DNA of 64,000 bases, taken from positions 192,487 to 256,486 of the forward strand of contig JAJDAT010000005.1 of NCBI GenBank assembly GCA_029261715.1, given 5' to 3'. Origin of the DNA: Nitrospinia bacterium. GTDB lineage: Bacteria; Nitrospinota; Nitrospinia; Nitrospinales; JAJDAT01. A program made the translations under genes and the position numbers. The notes beneath the pieces were generated by a model. It was not told where the DNA came from, ran no database searches, and was given only the letters and a program-made list of their open reading frames with translations. This document shows, one piece after another, positions 10,250 through 21,503 of the stretch; position 1 is the first letter of the stretch, and the number at the start of each line of letters is the position of its first letter.

Positions 10250-12799
10250 GTGTTTAACATTTTACAAAAAGTATTTGGAACCAAAAACGACCGAGAACTC
10301 TCTCGAATTCAGGCGTACGTCGAGCAAGTAAACGCTTTAGAAGAAGAGTTTCAAGCTTTATCAGATATAGATTTAAAAGCAAAGACGCCTTTTTTTAAAG
10401 AACGATTAGACCGTGGAGAAGATCTTGATAGTTTAATTCCTGAGGCGTTTGCTGCCGCTCGCGAAGCAAGTAAGAGGACGTTAGAAATGCGTCATTTTGA
10501 CGTTCAATTGATCGGTGGCATCGTTTTGCATGAAGGAAAAATTGCCGAAATGAAAACCGGAGAAGGCAAAACCTTGATGGCCACTCTACCTGTTTATTTG
10601 AATGCTTTGACTGGAAAAGGCGTTCATGTCGTCACGGTTAACGATTACTTAGCGAGTAGGGATAGCGAATGGATGGGAAATATTTATAACTTCCTTGGGT
10701 TATCGGTTGGAACTATTTACCACGATATGCCAGACGAAGAAAGAAAAGCCGCCTACCAAGCAGATATAACTTATGGAACAAACAACGAATACGGGTTTGA
10801 TTTTCTAAGAGATAACATGAAGTTTTCTCTAAGCGACTATGTGCAACGTGACTTAAATTTCGCGATAGTCGACGAAGTAGATAGTATTCTTATTGATGAA
10901 GCGAGAACTCCTTTAATCATTTCCGGTCCTTCGGAAGAGTCGACAGATAAATATTATTCTATTAATGGAATTATTCCGAAACTAAGACCCGAGCATTATT
11001 CCAAAGATGAAAAAGCCCGATCAGTTTCTTTGAACGATGAAGGCGTAGCGGAAGTGGAAAAGATTTTAAATTTAGACAACCTGTACGATCCTTCTAATAT
11101 TGAAACTCTGCATCACGTAAACCAGGGATTAAAAGCTCACGTCCTTTTCAAAAAAGAAGTTGATTATGTTGTAAACGATGGAGAAGTGGTAATTATCGAC
11201 GAGTTTACGGGAAGGATGATGTCAGGAAGGCGTTATAGCGACGGTCTTCATCAAGCTCTTGAAGCTAAAGAGAATGTAAATATAGAAAATGAAAACCAAA
11301 CATTAGCTAGCGTTACTTTTCAGAATTATTTTCGAATTTATAATAAATTAGCTGGTATGACCGGTACGGCTGATACCGAAGCGACAGAATTTCATTCGAT
11401 TTATAAATTGGAAGTTCTCGTAATTCCGACAAATCAAAAGATGGTCCGCGCAGACCATCCAGACGTGATTTATAGAACGGAAAAAGAAAAGTTCGATGCA
11501 GCAATTGATGAGATCAAAGAATGCAACAAATCTGGGCAACCGGTTTTAGTGGGCACTATATCGATTGAGAAATCCGAACTTTTAAGCAAATACCTCAAAA
11601 AACAGGGAATCAAACATCACGTATTGAATGCGAAGCAGCATGAGAGAGAAGCTGAAATAATTGCGGAAGCTGGCCAACATGGAGCGGTAACGATCGCCAC
11701 AAATATGGCGGGTCGGGGCACAGATATTGTTTTGGGTGAAGGAGTTGCAGATCTTGGAGGTCTCCATATCCTTGGTACGGAACGTCACGAAGCCCGTCGA
11801 ATTGATAATCAGTTAAGAGGACGATCAGGTAGGCAAGGAGACAACGGTTCTTCCAGGTTTTTTCTTTCTCTAGAAGACGACCTTCTAAGGATTTTTGGTT
11901 CCGATAAAATTTCAGGAATAATGGCAAAGCTTGGAATGGAAAACGGTCAACCGATAGAGCATTCGATGGTGACCAAAGCTGTAGCGAACGCTCAGCGCAA
12001 AGTAGAAGCCCATAATTTTGATATTCGTAAACATCTTTTAGAATACGACGATGTTATGAATAAGCAAAGAGAAGTCATCTACGCGTTGCGTAAAGAGATC
12101 TTGGCCACAGACCCTAAAGAAGTTCTTTTGGATATGGCTTTTGAAACCTCAGATGGGGAACTCGCCGAAATAGCAAGCGCAGATATTTATCCAGAGGAAT
12201 GGGATATTGGGCGATTGAATGATTACCTAGAGAGGCAGTTTTCGTACTCAATCAAAAAAGTAGATGATAAAGAGCTAGAAGGTACTGATGGTTCGCGACT
12301 GGTTTTAGAAGGATGTGATCGCATAAAACTTCACGACTTTATAATGGCAGGGGTTACTACAGAATATGCTAAGAAAGAAGAGTTAGTAGATATCGAGTTT
12401 TTTCGATTAAACGAGCGCATGATCATGTTGCAGGTTTTAGATGGTTTGTGGAGAGATCATTTGCTATCGATGGATCACCTTAAAGAAGGTATTGGGCTTA
12501 GAGGTTATGCTCAGAAAAATCCCTTAACGGAATATAAAAAAGAAGGATTTGATTTGTTTGCTAAAATGAATCATAGGATGAAGGAAGAAATCGTCCAATT
12601 CTTATTTAAAGTTCAAATCGTTGAAGGGGGAGAAGCCGTCGAGGCGAAGCAAAAACCGCGAAAAATGGTCGAACATCGGGGCGGAGATGACGATGCTACT
12701 AAACCCGTTACGGTTAAAAGAGAAGGGGACAAGGTTGGAAGAAATGACCCGTGTCCATGTGGTAGCGGTAAAAAATATAAAAAATGCCACGGGCAATAA
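10250..12799 (+). CDS. secA: Preprotein translocase ATPase SecA
   Basis: [39 protein letters not shown]-terminal SEC-C motif. Confidence 0.99.
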   Translation: MFNILQKVFGTKNDRELSRIQAYVEQVNALEEEFQALSDIDLKAKTPFFKERLDRGEDLDSLIPEAFAAAREASKRTLEMRHFDVQLIGGIVLHEGKIAEMKTGEGKTLMATLPVYLNALTGKGVHVVTVNDYLASRDSEWMGNIYNFLGLSVGTIYHDMPDEERKAAYQADITYGTNNEYGFDFLRDNMKFSLSDYVQRDLNFAIVDEVDSILIDEARTPLIISGPSEESTDKYYSINGIIPKLRPEHYSKDEKARSVSLNDEGVAEVEKILNLDNLYDPSNIETLHHVNQGLKAHVLFKKEVDYVVNDGEVVIIDEFTGRMMSGRRYSDGLHQALEAKENVNIENENQTLASVTFQNYFRIYNKLAGMTGTADTEATEFHSIYKLEVLVIPTNQKMVRADHPDVIYRTEKEKFDAAIDEIKECNKSGQPVLVGTISIEKSELLSKYLKKQGIKHHVLNAKQHEREAEIIAEAGQHGAVTIATNMAGRGTDIVLGEGVADLGGLHILGTERHEARRIDNQLRGRSGRQGDNGSSRFFLSLEDDLLRIFGSDKISGIMAKLGMENGQPIEHSMVTKAVANAQRKVEAHNFDIRKHLLEYDDVMNKQREVIYALRKEILATDPKEVLLDMAFETSDGELAEIASADIYPEEWDIGRLNDYLERQFSYSIKKVDDKELEGTDGSRLVLEGCDRIKLHDFIMAGVTTEYAKKEELVDIEFFRLNERMIMLQVLDGLWRDHLLSMDHLKEGIGLRGYAQKNPLTEYKKEGFDLFAKMNHRMKEEIVQFLFKVQIVEGGEAVEAKQKPRKMVEHRGGDDDATKPVTVKREGDKVGRNDPCPCGSGKKYKKCHGQ

Positions 12800-12855
12800 T
12801 TTAAGGAAGCTAGTAAAACAGTTTTCTCAAGTAAGATATAATCTTAGAACATGGC

Positions 12856-13740
12856 CTAAGATTTCTCCAAAAACTCCTGGCATTCCACGCAAAGCGTCGT
12901 CAACGGCATTATTTCAAGCCTTTTTAATCCAATAAACTGGCTGGGGTTACCCATAGGGCAATCGACACACATCCCGTAAGTTCCGTTTGCAATTCTAAAA
13001 AGAGCTTCGTCTATCAATTTAAGCTCGTTACGGTCCCTACTAGAGAGTGTAAAGGCCATCTCTCGACTTTCCAGGCTAGACGCTAAATCAATTTCATTAC
13101 TGAAATTAAGCTCTTCAGCATGTCTTTCCAAGTCTTTGGAGTTCTGCAAAATTTTGATTAACTCCGAACGTTCTGTGATGAGACGTTGCCTAATTTTTTG
13201 AAGAATAGGATCTAATTTCTTTTTTGAAATCGTTTTATGTAGATTCGCTACCTTTTTGGGTTTTTCTGTTTCGGTCAGAACCTCTTCAACTTTCACCTTA
13301 GCGACTTTTTTCTTTGGCGCTTTTGTTTTTTGAGGTTTGGTTTTAACGTTTTTTGTTGTTGAAGCGGGTTTCTTAGGCGCGGTTGTTTTCTTAGCAACCG
13401 GTTTTTTAGTTTTTGTTTTAGCGGCTACTTTTTTTGCAGGAGCTTTTTTCGCGGCGGTTTTTTTAACTTTCGTTTTAGTTGTTACTTTCTTAACGGAAGT
13501 TTTCTTCGCAACGGTCTTTTTAGCTTTCGTTTTAGTTGTTACTTTCTTAACGGAAGCTTTCTTCGCAACGGTCTTTTTAGCTTTTGTTTTTGGAGCCGCT
13601 TTTTTGACGGTAGCTTTTTTCGTGACCGTTTTTTTAGCTTTTGTTTTGGGTATTACTTTTTTCACGGCAGTTTTTTTAGCTTTTACTTTTGAGGCTGCTT
13701 TTTTTGCCGCTTTCTTTTTAGTTTTGTTTTTTGTCGCCAC
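12856..13740 (-). CDS. dksA: DksA/TraR C4 zinc-finger protein with a histone-H1-like K/A/T-rich N-terminus
   Basis: IDEALFRIANGTYGMCVDC...I...RLE..P.TTLCVECQ; NEIDLA at the coiled-coil tip; AAGGAG RBS before GTG at 13740. Confidence 0.8.
   Translation of the reverse strand: MATKNKTKKKAAKKAASKVKAKKTAVKKVIPKTKAKKTVTKKATVKKAAPKTKAKKTVAKKASVKKVTTKTKAKKTVAKKTSVKKVTTKTKVKKTAAKKAPAKKVAAKTKTKKPVAKKTTAPKKPASTTKNVKTKPQKTKAPKKKVAKVKVEEVLTETEKPKKVANLHKTISKKKLDPILQKIRQRLITERSELIKILQNSKDLERHAEELNFSNEIDLASSLESREMAFTLSSRDRNELKLIDEALFRIANGTYGMCVDCPMGNPSQFIGLKRLEIMPLTTLCVECQEFLEKS
13467..13580. repeat. Two tandem 57-bp near-identical repeats (19 aa KTKAKKTVAKKxSVKKVTT)
   Basis: Copies start at 13467 and 13524 and differ by one base. 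Confidence 0.9.
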
Positions 13741-13991
13741 TCCGCTTCTCCTTATTGATTTTGGTAAATAGAAAATCAATTTTGAAGTTCAAAAATATTC
13801 TCAATATTTTCCGACTAAGTTAAGGATAGCTATCTATTTCAGACTGGACCATTTTCAATTTTTTAAAATTGAAATCCGAAATTCTACCAAAATTTACACA
13901 AAGTTTCAAATTAGTTTGCAATTTTTTCAAAGTTTTTAAATGATTGTTTATTCTCTCATAATAGCTTTTTCTTGATAAAAATCAGTTTAAA

Positions 13992-14279
13992 TCAGTATTC
14001 GTAGTCAACCACAACTCGTTGCGAACAAAGCGCTTGCATAACTTCTACAACTGGTAGGTGATTAGGGTGTTTGGAGTAGGTTTCAAGGCCTTCTTTGTTG
14101 TCAAAATGAGTTGTTAGAGCGATATCATAAGATTTTTCGCTTTCTTTAAAGTCTATTCCGACTTCGATAGATTTTAGGGTCTCTATGCTTCCTTCCAGGC
14201 TTTTCAAAGAAGATACGGCTTTTTCTAAATTCTCAGAGTTTTTTTCGGATAACTTAAATAGAACGATATGCTTTACCAT
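13992..14279 (-). CDS. Dabb (stress-responsive A/B barrel) protein
   Basis: MVKHIVLFKL...YSKHPNH...VVVDY. Confidence 0.9.
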   Translation of the reverse strand: MVKHIVLFKLSEKNSENLEKAVSSLKSLEGSIETLKSIEVGIDFKESEKSYDIALTTHFDNKEGLETYSKHPNHLPVVEVMQALCSQRVVVDYEY

Positions 14280-14365
14280 GAAATTTCCTTTTCTATTTGC
14301 TTTGGATTATTTTAAAAGGAGTATTATATTATTATTTTTTTGATTTTTGTATGAATTGAGGAAAT

Positions 14366-15082
14366 ATGTCTTGGTTTATTGGCGCAGGTTTGGGGTTACT
14401 CCGTGGAGGACCATTAGGAGCTTTGGTAGGAGGGACGACGCAACACTTTTTTTCTAAACGACCCCAAAAGAAACTGCAAGGTATTTTAGATGAAACGGCG
14501 TTCTCAGCTTGCCTGGTTGGAGTTTTGACTAAAGTTTCCATAGCCGCCCAGGGTTTGTCCGCTGGCCAAGCCAGAGTAATACACAAGTTTTTTGCCAAAA
14601 ACCTTGGTTATGGAGCCGACGGACTCAAGATAATCAATGAAATGATTCGGGAAGTGCGAAGGGTAAATCCAGACATGCGCTACTTAGCGGAAAAGTTTTC
14701 GGAATCGACAGGCGGAAAATATCGTCTTTTGGCTTTGGCGTTGGCTTATCAAGTGAGCTTGGTAGATGGAAGAGAGAGGGAGGAAGCTCAAAATCAAATT
14801 GAAAGTTTAGCTGAATATTTAAAAATCGACCCGGATAAACATAATGAAGTGCGTTCAAAGTATTCTTTGGAAGAAATCAAAACGCCATATATGATTTTGG
14901 ATATTGATCCAGCCGCAGACGTTGATGAAATTAAAAAAGCCTACCGCCAAAAATTAAGAGAATTGCATCCAGATAGAGCGATTCATTTAGGCCCAGAAAA
15001 AGTGGAAGAGGCTCATATAAAATTTTTGGAAGCGCAATCAGCTTTTCAAGAGTTGCAGAATATTAAAGGAATTAAGATTTGA
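14366..15082 (+). CDS. DjlA-like co-chaperone (TerB-like domain plus J domain)
   Basis: N-terminal GGPLGALVG; C-terminal J domain PYMILDI...IKKAYR...LHPD. Confidence 0.85.
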   Translation: MSWFIGAGLGLLRGGPLGALVGGTTQHFFSKRPQKKLQGILDETAFSACLVGVLTKVSIAAQGLSAGQARVIHKFFAKNLGYGADGLKIINEMIREVRRVNPDMRYLAEKFSESTGGKYRLLALALAYQVSLVDGREREEAQNQIESLAEYLKIDPDKHNEVRSKYSLEEIKTPYMILDIDPAADVDEIKKAYRQKLRELHPDRAIHLGPEKVEEAHIKFLEAQSAFQELQNIKGIKI

Positions 15083-15109
15083 GTCGAAGGAAAGCCTAAA
15101 TTTATTCGG

Positions 15110-16390
15110 CTAATTTTCAGAAGATTCGTCGGAAGTTCCGTTCGAATGTTCGTTGGTTTTTACCACGATGATGGATTGAATCTTTCTTTTTCCAGACTCT
15201 TTCACGGTTAATCGGTAATCTGATTCTATGAGCTGATCTCCGGGACCCGGTATTCTTTCTAATCGATCAATCATTAACCCGCCTAATGTTTCAAAATCTC
15301 CTTGTGGCAAGTTTAAACTTAATTTTTCGTTGATCGCTTCTATATGGGCTTCGGCTTCAATCACAAATCCACCTCCCGAGTAATTTTCGTATTCTAATTC
15401 TTTCTCGTCAAACTCGTCTTCTATTTCACCAACAATTTCTTCCAATAAGTCTTCAATCGTTACAACACCAACGCAACCGCCAAATTCGTCCACAACAATC
15501 GCCATGTGCAATCCGCGATGTTGTAGCTCTTTCAATAAATCGTCGATTTTTTTGTTAGGAGGTACGTAGTAAGCGGGTCTAATCAGCGTCTTTGAAGAAA
15601 TAGGAGTTTTGTCTTTTGGTTCGTTAAGCAAGTCGAATGTATTTAAAATTCCAATAAGGTTAAACATGCGATGATGGAAAACTGGCAAACGCGAAAGCTC
15701 GGTTTCGTTAGCGATTAGATGAGCCTCTTCCAAAGTGGCGCTATCTTGAATCGCATGGATTTGAACAAGAGGAACCATGCATTGTTCAACCGTAATTTCT
15801 CCAAAATTAAAAATCCGGTGAATCAGTTTTTTTTCAGTCAGGTCCAAATCGGTTGGGCTATCAGGTTCCACGATTTTTTGAATTTGTTCTCTATTTGCCG
15901 CAAGCGCTGGTCCTTCTGGCAATTTCATTATTTTTTTAAATAAAATATTGGAGAAAAAAGTAAAGAACCAAACAATTGGAGAAAAAATTCTGTAAAAGAA
16001 TTTTAAAGGGCGAATGAAAGTTAAAATAAAAGAGTCTGGAGAGTTCTGACAAGCGATTTTAGGGATAATTTCTCCCAATACCAAAATGATAGGAGACAAA
16101 ATTAAAGTCGCCCATAAATCCCCTTTATTGCCGAACCGATCAACCATATAAGCGGTGACTAAAGAAGCGCTGGAAACAACAGCTAAATTAGTTCCCAAAG
16201 AGGTAGTGGTAAATAGGCGATCCGGTGATCGAAGTAATTCGGTGACAGATTTTGAAGCTTTATCTCCCTTATTAGCTAAGTTTTGGATTTTAATCCAATT
16301 TGAGGAAATAAGAGCAATTTCCGAACCTGAAAAAAAGGCTTCTAAAGCTATAAATAAACTAACTAAAATTAATAGGGAAGATAAGTCCAT
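15110..16390 (-). CDS. CNNM/TlyC/CorC family protein (DUF21-CBS-CorC)
   Basis: FFSGSEIA, GEIIPK, SRLPV, VVDEFGG...TIEDLLEEIVGEI. Confidence 0.92.
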   Translation of the reverse strand: MDLSSLLILVSLFIALEAFFSGSEIALISSNWIKIQNLANKGDKASKSVTELLRSPDRLFTTTSLGTNLAVVSSASLVTAYMVDRFGNKGDLWATLILSPIILVLGEIIPKIACQNSPDSFILTFIRPLKFFYRIFSPIVWFFTFFSNILFKKIMKLPEGPALAANREQIQKIVEPDSPTDLDLTEKKLIHRIFNFGEITVEQCMVPLVQIHAIQDSATLEEAHLIANETELSRLPVFHHRMFNLIGILNTFDLLNEPKDKTPISSKTLIRPAYYVPPNKKIDDLLKELQHRGLHMAIVVDEFGGCVGVVTIEDLLEEIVGEIEDEFDEKELEYENYSGGGFVIEAEAHIEAINEKLSLNLPQGDFETLGGLMIDRLERIPGPGDQLIESDYRLTVKESGKRKIQSIIVVKTNEHSNGTSDESSEN

Positions 16391-17700
16391 TAAGCTACTT
16401 TCTCATCAGGGATAGGACTGTCGTCATCTTTTTTAGGTTCTTGTTCCTTGATAGTAACGCCTAACTTTAGAATTCGTGATCCCTTCATTTTTTGAACGAC
16501 AAATTTAAAGTTTTCGAACTTAACCGACTCGCCAGATCTAGGCACTCGTCCAAATAGTCCAAATACCATACCTCCAATCGTGTCGAACTTTTGATCGGGT
16601 AATTGGCCTGGAAATATTTCGTTGCATTCATTAAGGGAAAGAGTTGCGACAACTTCATATTGGTTATGGTTAAGTTTTATGTAAGAACTTTCGTCCTGTC
16701 TCATTTCACTGTCAATTTCGCCGACCAATTGTTCCAAAATATCTTCTAACGTAATTAATCCGCAGACGCTTCCAAATTCATCCAACACAATAGCCATGTG
16801 TTTCTTCAGTTTTTTGAACTCTTGCAATAGTTCTTTAATATTTTTTGATTGTGGAACGAAATGCGGAGGATGCAGGCAGTTTTTGAGTTTGGCGTTTTCC
16901 GTTTGAGAGCTTTTTAGTTTGTTAATCTCTTTTGTAAATAAGATTCCAGCAATTTCTTCGCCTTCTTCTTCGTAAACGGGGACTCTTGAATAAAAATTTT
17001 CAATAATTTTTGGCAGAGCTTCTTCTAATGTTTCGCTTCCCTTTAGCGTAAACATCTCTATTTTGGGAGTCATTATTTCTTCGGCAGTCGTTTCGCCAAA
17101 ATTAATGACGTTTTGAATCATTCGGCTCTCTTCTGCTTCCAATCCGCCAGCTTCTTCGCCAATATCAACCATGACTTTAATTTCTTCGTCCGAGATCCTA
17201 TGATGGGCTTTTTCTTTCTCTTCCCAGCCACACATCTTCATCATAAACTCAGAAAATAGAACCAGGAACTTCTGAAGAGGTTGAACCAAAACGAAAAACA
17301 ATTTAAGGGGACGCGCGGCAAAAAGTACGTAAGATTCTGCAAAGTGCATCGATAATGTTTTAGGTATGATTTCGCCGAATAAGAGCAGCAGAAAGGTGGC
17401 CGCTCCGATAGCTAAACTAACGCCTATGTTGCCAAACGTCTGATAGGCGATAGAGGTCGCAATTGCGGAAATAGCGACGTTGACGATCTCATTTCCAATA
17501 TAAATAGAAACAAGAAGCCGTCTCGGCTCTTGCAGAAGAGAATAGACTAGTTTCCCTGTTTTCCCTTTTTCCTTAAGCGTTTCTAACTGAAGGGGATTAA
17601 GCGAGAAAAAAGCCGCTTCGCAAGCGGAAAAGAAACCGGAAAATCCAAGAAGAACAGCGCTAATAATAATTCGTATGAATGTCGAGTCGGATTCGTCCAA
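16390..17700 (-). CDS. CNNM/TlyC/CorC family protein, second tandem paralog
   Basis: FFSACEAAFFSL, GEIIPK, YSRVPVY, VLDEFGS...TLEDILEQLVGEI. Confidence 0.92.
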   Translation of the reverse strand: MDESDSTFIRIIISAVLLGFSGFFSACEAAFFSLNPLQLETLKEKGKTGKLVYSLLQEPRRLLVSIYIGNEIVNVAISAIATSIAYQTFGNIGVSLAIGAATFLLLLFGEIIPKTLSMHFAESYVLFAARPLKLFFVLVQPLQKFLVLFSEFMMKMCGWEEKEKAHHRISDEEIKVMVDIGEEAGGLEAEESRMIQNVINFGETTAEEIMTPKIEMFTLKGSETLEEALPKIIENFYSRVPVYEEEGEEIAGILFTKEINKLKSSQTENAKLKNCLHPPHFVPQSKNIKELLQEFKKLKKHMAIVLDEFGSVCGLITLEDILEQLVGEIDSEMRQDESSYIKLNHNQYEVVATLSLNECNEIFPGQLPDQKFDTIGGMVFGLFGRVPRSGESVKFENFKFVVQKMKGSRILKLGVTIKEQEPKKDDDSPIPDEKVA

Positions 17701-17790
17701 AACTTTTTCTGAAGATTTTTATTGCTGTCTCTTGCTAATGCTCAATGAGCGCTTAGAAAGTGAATTTTTAAAATCCCCAGATAATAAAAT

Positions 17791-18804
17791 TTAAAAATGG
17801 TTATAACCTTTGAAGCAAGATCCGTCTTCAATCTTGCCATTATTTGTTTCTAAGAGAATCTTTCCGGTTTGGGAAGTTATCTCTCCAATTTCTGCCAAAG
17901 GCATACCTCTTTTAAAGAATCGGCTTACTAAATTTTTAGCATTCTCCGGCCTTAAAGTAAATAGTAATTCATAATCTTCTCCACCGGAGAAGATTAGGGG
18001 ACGTTTTGCCAAATTGTTAGCTTTGCAAATTTTTGCCAATTCTAAGGAGGTTGGAACAGAATTTTCGTATATCTTTGCTCCAACTCCCGAAGTTTTTAAA
18101 ATATGTCTTAAGTCCTGTATTAAACCGTCGCTAACGTCAATTGCGGCAGTCACTTGTGCGTCAAATTTGACCAAAAAACAAGCTTCTTCAAGACGAGGAG
18201 TCGGGTTTTGGTGTCGTGCGATCAAATATTTTTGGGTTTTTAAGGGGCCGTTAAGTTTTTTTGGCGATTGTAAGATTTTTAGCCCCAAAGCGGAATCCCC
18301 AAGGCTGCCAGTAACAAAAATTTTATCTCCAGGTTTGGCCCCATCGCGAGAAAACCAACAGTTTTTTTGGGCTTCTCCCATAAGCGCTACGTTCACGAAA
18401 AAGTGCTTCGGAGAGCGAACGGTATCCCCGCCAACAATCGAAAAGCCGTATTTTTCCGAAGCCATATTCATTCCGGAATAAAATTTATCTAAAAACTTAG
18501 GTGGAAGATTAGGCGAAACACCCAAAGTAACTAAAGCAAATTTAGGTATACCGCCCATAGCGGCAATATCGCTTAAGTTTACGGCCATGGTTTTTTGGCC
18601 CAAAAGCTCTGGAGAAATGGTTTTTAAATCAAAATGGACAGTTTCGACAAGGGCGTCGCATGTCGCAATTAAATGAACGTCTTTGTTTGGCTTAAAAACG
18701 GAGCAATCGTCTCCTATACTTTTTAAGATTTGAGAAGACTGGTGTTTTAATTTGGATTGAAGTTTGGCTATTAATTCAAACTCGCCAAGATCCTTCGTTT
18801 TCAT
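17791..18804 (-). CDS. thiL: Thiamine-monophosphate kinase
   Basis: GEFELI, IGDDC, VNLSDIAAMGG, GGDT, IDVSDGL, GGEDYELLF. Confidence 0.97.
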   Translation of the reverse strand: MKTKDLGEFELIAKLQSKLKHQSSQILKSIGDDCSVFKPNKDVHLIATCDALVETVHFDLKTISPELLGQKTMAVNLSDIAAMGGIPKFALVTLGVSPNLPPKFLDKFYSGMNMASEKYGFSIVGGDTVRSPKHFFVNVALMGEAQKNCWFSRDGAKPGDKIFVTGSLGDSALGLKILQSPKKLNGPLKTQKYLIARHQNPTPRLEEACFLVKFDAQVTAAIDVSDGLIQDLRHILKTSGVGAKIYENSVPTSLELAKICKANNLAKRPLIFSGGEDYELLFTLRPENAKNLVSRFFKRGMPLAEIGEITSQTGKILLETNNGKIEDGSCFKGYNHF

Positions 18805-18915
18805 AAATTGGATAAGAACAAGTTTACAAAATGATCGTTAAGTTAAAGCTAAGTATAGTTTGCCTTCCTCTTTTTCGCCAGTTGCTCTGAGAAAAGTTTG
18901 TAATATTAAGAAAAC

Positions 18916-19146
18916 TTAAGGATTTTCAAAAAAGCTCGGCGTAATGGAATCAATATCAAAACTTTTTTCAATCTGAATATTAATTTTATCACCTTCTTTT
19001 AAACCAGCACGCTTCATCTCTTCTAAAAAAAGCGTTATTTCGACAGTTTCTTCAGTATGTGGAAACCAAATACTAACCGACCTAAACGTAGCCGCTCCAT
19101 TGGGAGGACAAGACGTTTCTGTTATTTCTCCTTCTAATCGTATCAT
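18916..19146 (-). CDS. Small hypothetical protein
   Basis: 76-aa ORF, AAGGG RBS, plausible composition (GLKEGDKINIQI). Confidence 0.6.
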   Translation of the reverse strand: MIRLEGEITETSCPPNGAATFRSVSIWFPHTEETVEITLFLEEMKRAGLKEGDKINIQIEKSFDIDSITPSFFENP

Positions 19147-19255
19147 TTTAGAGAACCCTTTCTATGTTTATACTCAAACGTAATGAAGTTGTTTTGAAGC
19201 AATATTAAGCTAGATTAAAAATAGTGCAGTTTTAATTAAAACGGTACAACTCAAT

Positions 19256-20740
19256 CTAAGCGGAGCAACTGGTTTGCGAACCTGCAAATTGCGTCGGACT
19301 ATCTGCAAAATAAATCTCAGGATCGATTTGTCTCTTTTCTAATAGTGTGTCGTCCTCTATAAAAGGATTTTGCGCTAAGAAAATAAGTTTGTCGATTTCG
19401 CTGTAATCGGAATCTTTAAGAGCCGACTCAATCGCTCTTTGCGCCAAATGATTTCTAAGAATGAATCTTGGATTAACTCGTTTCATTTCGTGTTGCCGGG
19501 TCAAGTCGTCGGAGTTTTCTTTGTTCAGAACCTCTCCATACTCATTGAACCATTTTTCTATATCAGTAGGATCTGCAAAACGATCTAAAATAGGTTGAAT
19601 ATCCCCATTTCTAAAACGAGATAACAATCTAAAAAAGTTTGTGTAATCAATTCGATGCCGGTAAAGGATTTCAAATAGGTTACCCGTCAGAGTTTTAAAA
19701 TCCGAATCTATTATTTTAATTCCCAGTTTTGCGGCCATAAGATTGCGATAAGTTAAATTAAAACATTCCTGATAGCGCGCTAATTCTCCGTTCAAGGCAT
19801 CGCCGTCGATCAGAGAAGTTAAAGTTAAAGCAAACTTTTCCAGGTTCCAAAAGCCAATTTCAGGTTGTTTGGAAAACGAGTACCGACCTTGTTTGTCGCT
19901 TGAGTTTGGAATGTAATGGGGATTAAACGAATCCATGAAACCGAAAGGGCCGTAGTCGAAACAAAGCCCGACAATGGACATATTATCGGTGTTCATAACG
20001 CCATGAACGAACCCAGTAGATTGCCAACCCGCAATAAGCGAAGCTGTTTTTTCGATAACGCTACGAAATAAAAGTCGATATTTATCCGACTCTTGCGTTA
20101 AATGAGGGTAGTGTCGCCAAATAACATAATTAGCTAGTTTTTCGATATGTTTCGTTTTTTTTGAATAGTGGAAAGCCTCAAAATTTCCAAACCGGACATG
20201 AGATTCCGCAACCCGTATTAATATAGCGGGAATTTCTGGCATTTGGCGAAAGATCAACTCTTTAAAGCCGATAATACCCAACGCTCGTGAGCTAGGAATC
20301 CTAAGGCCATGAACAGCTTCTCCTCCAAGATATTCGCGAATGGAAGCGCGTAAGGAGGCTCTACCGTCAAACCCTCTGGCAAAGCGGGTAGGGCCGGCTC
20401 CTTTTAAATGGATATCCCATTTAACGCCAGTGGAAGTTTCTATCTCTCCCAGCAAAATCCCTCGGCCATCTCCAATGTTTGGATTATAAGACCCGAACTG
20501 ATGGCCTGTGTAACGCATGGCTAAAGGTTGAGCGCCTGGGAATTCTTTATTACCTGAAAAATAATCCAGGAAAGCCGGATCGTTATCAGTATTTTCGGGG
20601 AGTTCTAATAAGCCCCCCACAGCCCGGTTGTAATGAACCAGAAAAGGTCCTTCAACCGGGTCGGGTGATTTTGCTTGGTAAAAGTCCGATCCTAAATCAA
20701 AAAAAGCGTTGTTAAACGGAAGTTTATCTAAACTTTTCAA
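19256..20740 (-). CDS. selO: Protein adenylyltransferase SelO/YdiU
   Basis: YTGHQFG, GDGRG, LKGAG, GFVHGVMNTDN, DYGPFGF; C-terminal TSCSA. Confidence 0.95.
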   Translation of the reverse strand: MKSLDKLPFNNAFFDLGSDFYQAKSPDPVEGPFLVHYNRAVGGLLELPENTDNDPAFLDYFSGNKEFPGAQPLAMRYTGHQFGSYNPNIGDGRGILLGEIETSTGVKWDIHLKGAGPTRFARGFDGRASLRASIREYLGGEAVHGLRIPSSRALGIIGFKELIFRQMPEIPAILIRVAESHVRFGNFEAFHYSKKTKHIEKLANYVIWRHYPHLTQESDKYRLLFRSVIEKTASLIAGWQSTGFVHGVMNTDNMSIVGLCFDYGPFGFMDSFNPHYIPNSSDKQGRYSFSKQPEIGFWNLEKFALTLTSLIDGDALNGELARYQECFNLTYRNLMAAKLGIKIIDSDFKTLTGNLFEILYRHRIDYTNFFRLLSRFRNGDIQPILDRFADPTDIEKWFNEYGEVLNKENSDDLTRQHEMKRVNPRFILRNHLAQRAIESALKDSDYSEIDKLIFLAQNPFIEDDTLLEKRQIDPEIYFADSPTQFAGSQTSCSA

Positions 20741-20757
20741 AGGTATCCTTTTGGGAA

Positions 20758-21150
20758 CTACTCCGTCATGCGGAAAGACTGGGCATAATAAGCCACCAAA
20801 TCGCGTACAGAAATAACCCCAATAATCTTTTCGGCTTCTGTCACGACCAAATGCCGAATCTTATTTTTTCTCATAAACTCATTTGCTTGGTCGATAGGCA
20901 TAAACCGATCCATAGTCAAAAGAGGAGACGTCATGATTTCGTGAATTTCGGTGGTATCAGGGTTTAATCCAGGGCTCAAAACTTTGCGAGTCAAATCGGT
21001 ATCGGTAACAATCCCGACGAATTCGTCAAATTTCTTTACCAATAAAGATCCAATATGGTTAGCCTGCATGTATTGCGCGGCTTCTTGAACAGAGGATTCG
21101 TGATCGATGCTTAAAATTGAGCTGTTCATATAATCGCCTAATTCGTCCAT
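20758..21150 (-). CDS. CBS-domain pair protein
   Basis: HIGSLLV...VGIVTDTDL and IRHLVV...IGVISVRDL; AGGAGG before ATG at 21150. Confidence 0.9.
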   Translation of the reverse strand: MDELGDYMNSSILSIDHESSVQEAAQYMQANHIGSLLVKKFDEFVGIVTDTDLTRKVLSPGLNPDTTEIHEIMTSPLLTMDRFMPIDQANEFMRKNKIRHLVVTEAEKIIGVISVRDLVAYYAQSFRMTE

Positions 21151-21503
21151 AGCCAACCTCCTAGTTTTTTGAATAGAAAGTAATAACGGTCCGAAATGAT
21201 ACTCAAAAGGAGTTCCGAGCTTTAAAGCCAGTTCCTTGTCGTAATCAAAATCAATTTTTAGGCGAAGCCGAAAGCTCCTTCAAATTCAATATTCTCATAA
21301 ACCCTGGTCGGAGAAAAGGGTTTATTGCGTGAATTGCTGCTTTCAAAAAATGGAGTTTGGGTTTTGATAGCAGACTTACGCAGTAGATAAGCTAAAGAAT
21401 AAAAAAAGATCCCAACTGATTGATAACAAAAGAAAAATACTTTTCCTTGAGTCGTTCAGGTTGGGATCGATTTAAAATGTTCGAGGGAAATGAAAAGAAG
21501 TTT

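Noticed and set aside
12730-12790. Sequence similarity between the secA 3' end and 63445-63505
   Set aside because: Both encode the ordinary SEC-C motif; not a mobile repeat
13337-13771. 144-aa hydrophobic ORF resembling a membrane protein
   Set aside because: Antisense shadow of the Lys-rich DksA repeats (AAA read as TTT)
15110-17700. Tandem CorC/TlyC paralogs as a novelty
   Set aside because: A common arrangement in many bacteria
19256-19280. Possible selenocysteine at the SelO C-terminus
   Set aside because: The gene ends TGC-TCC-GCT-TAG with no in-frame TGA
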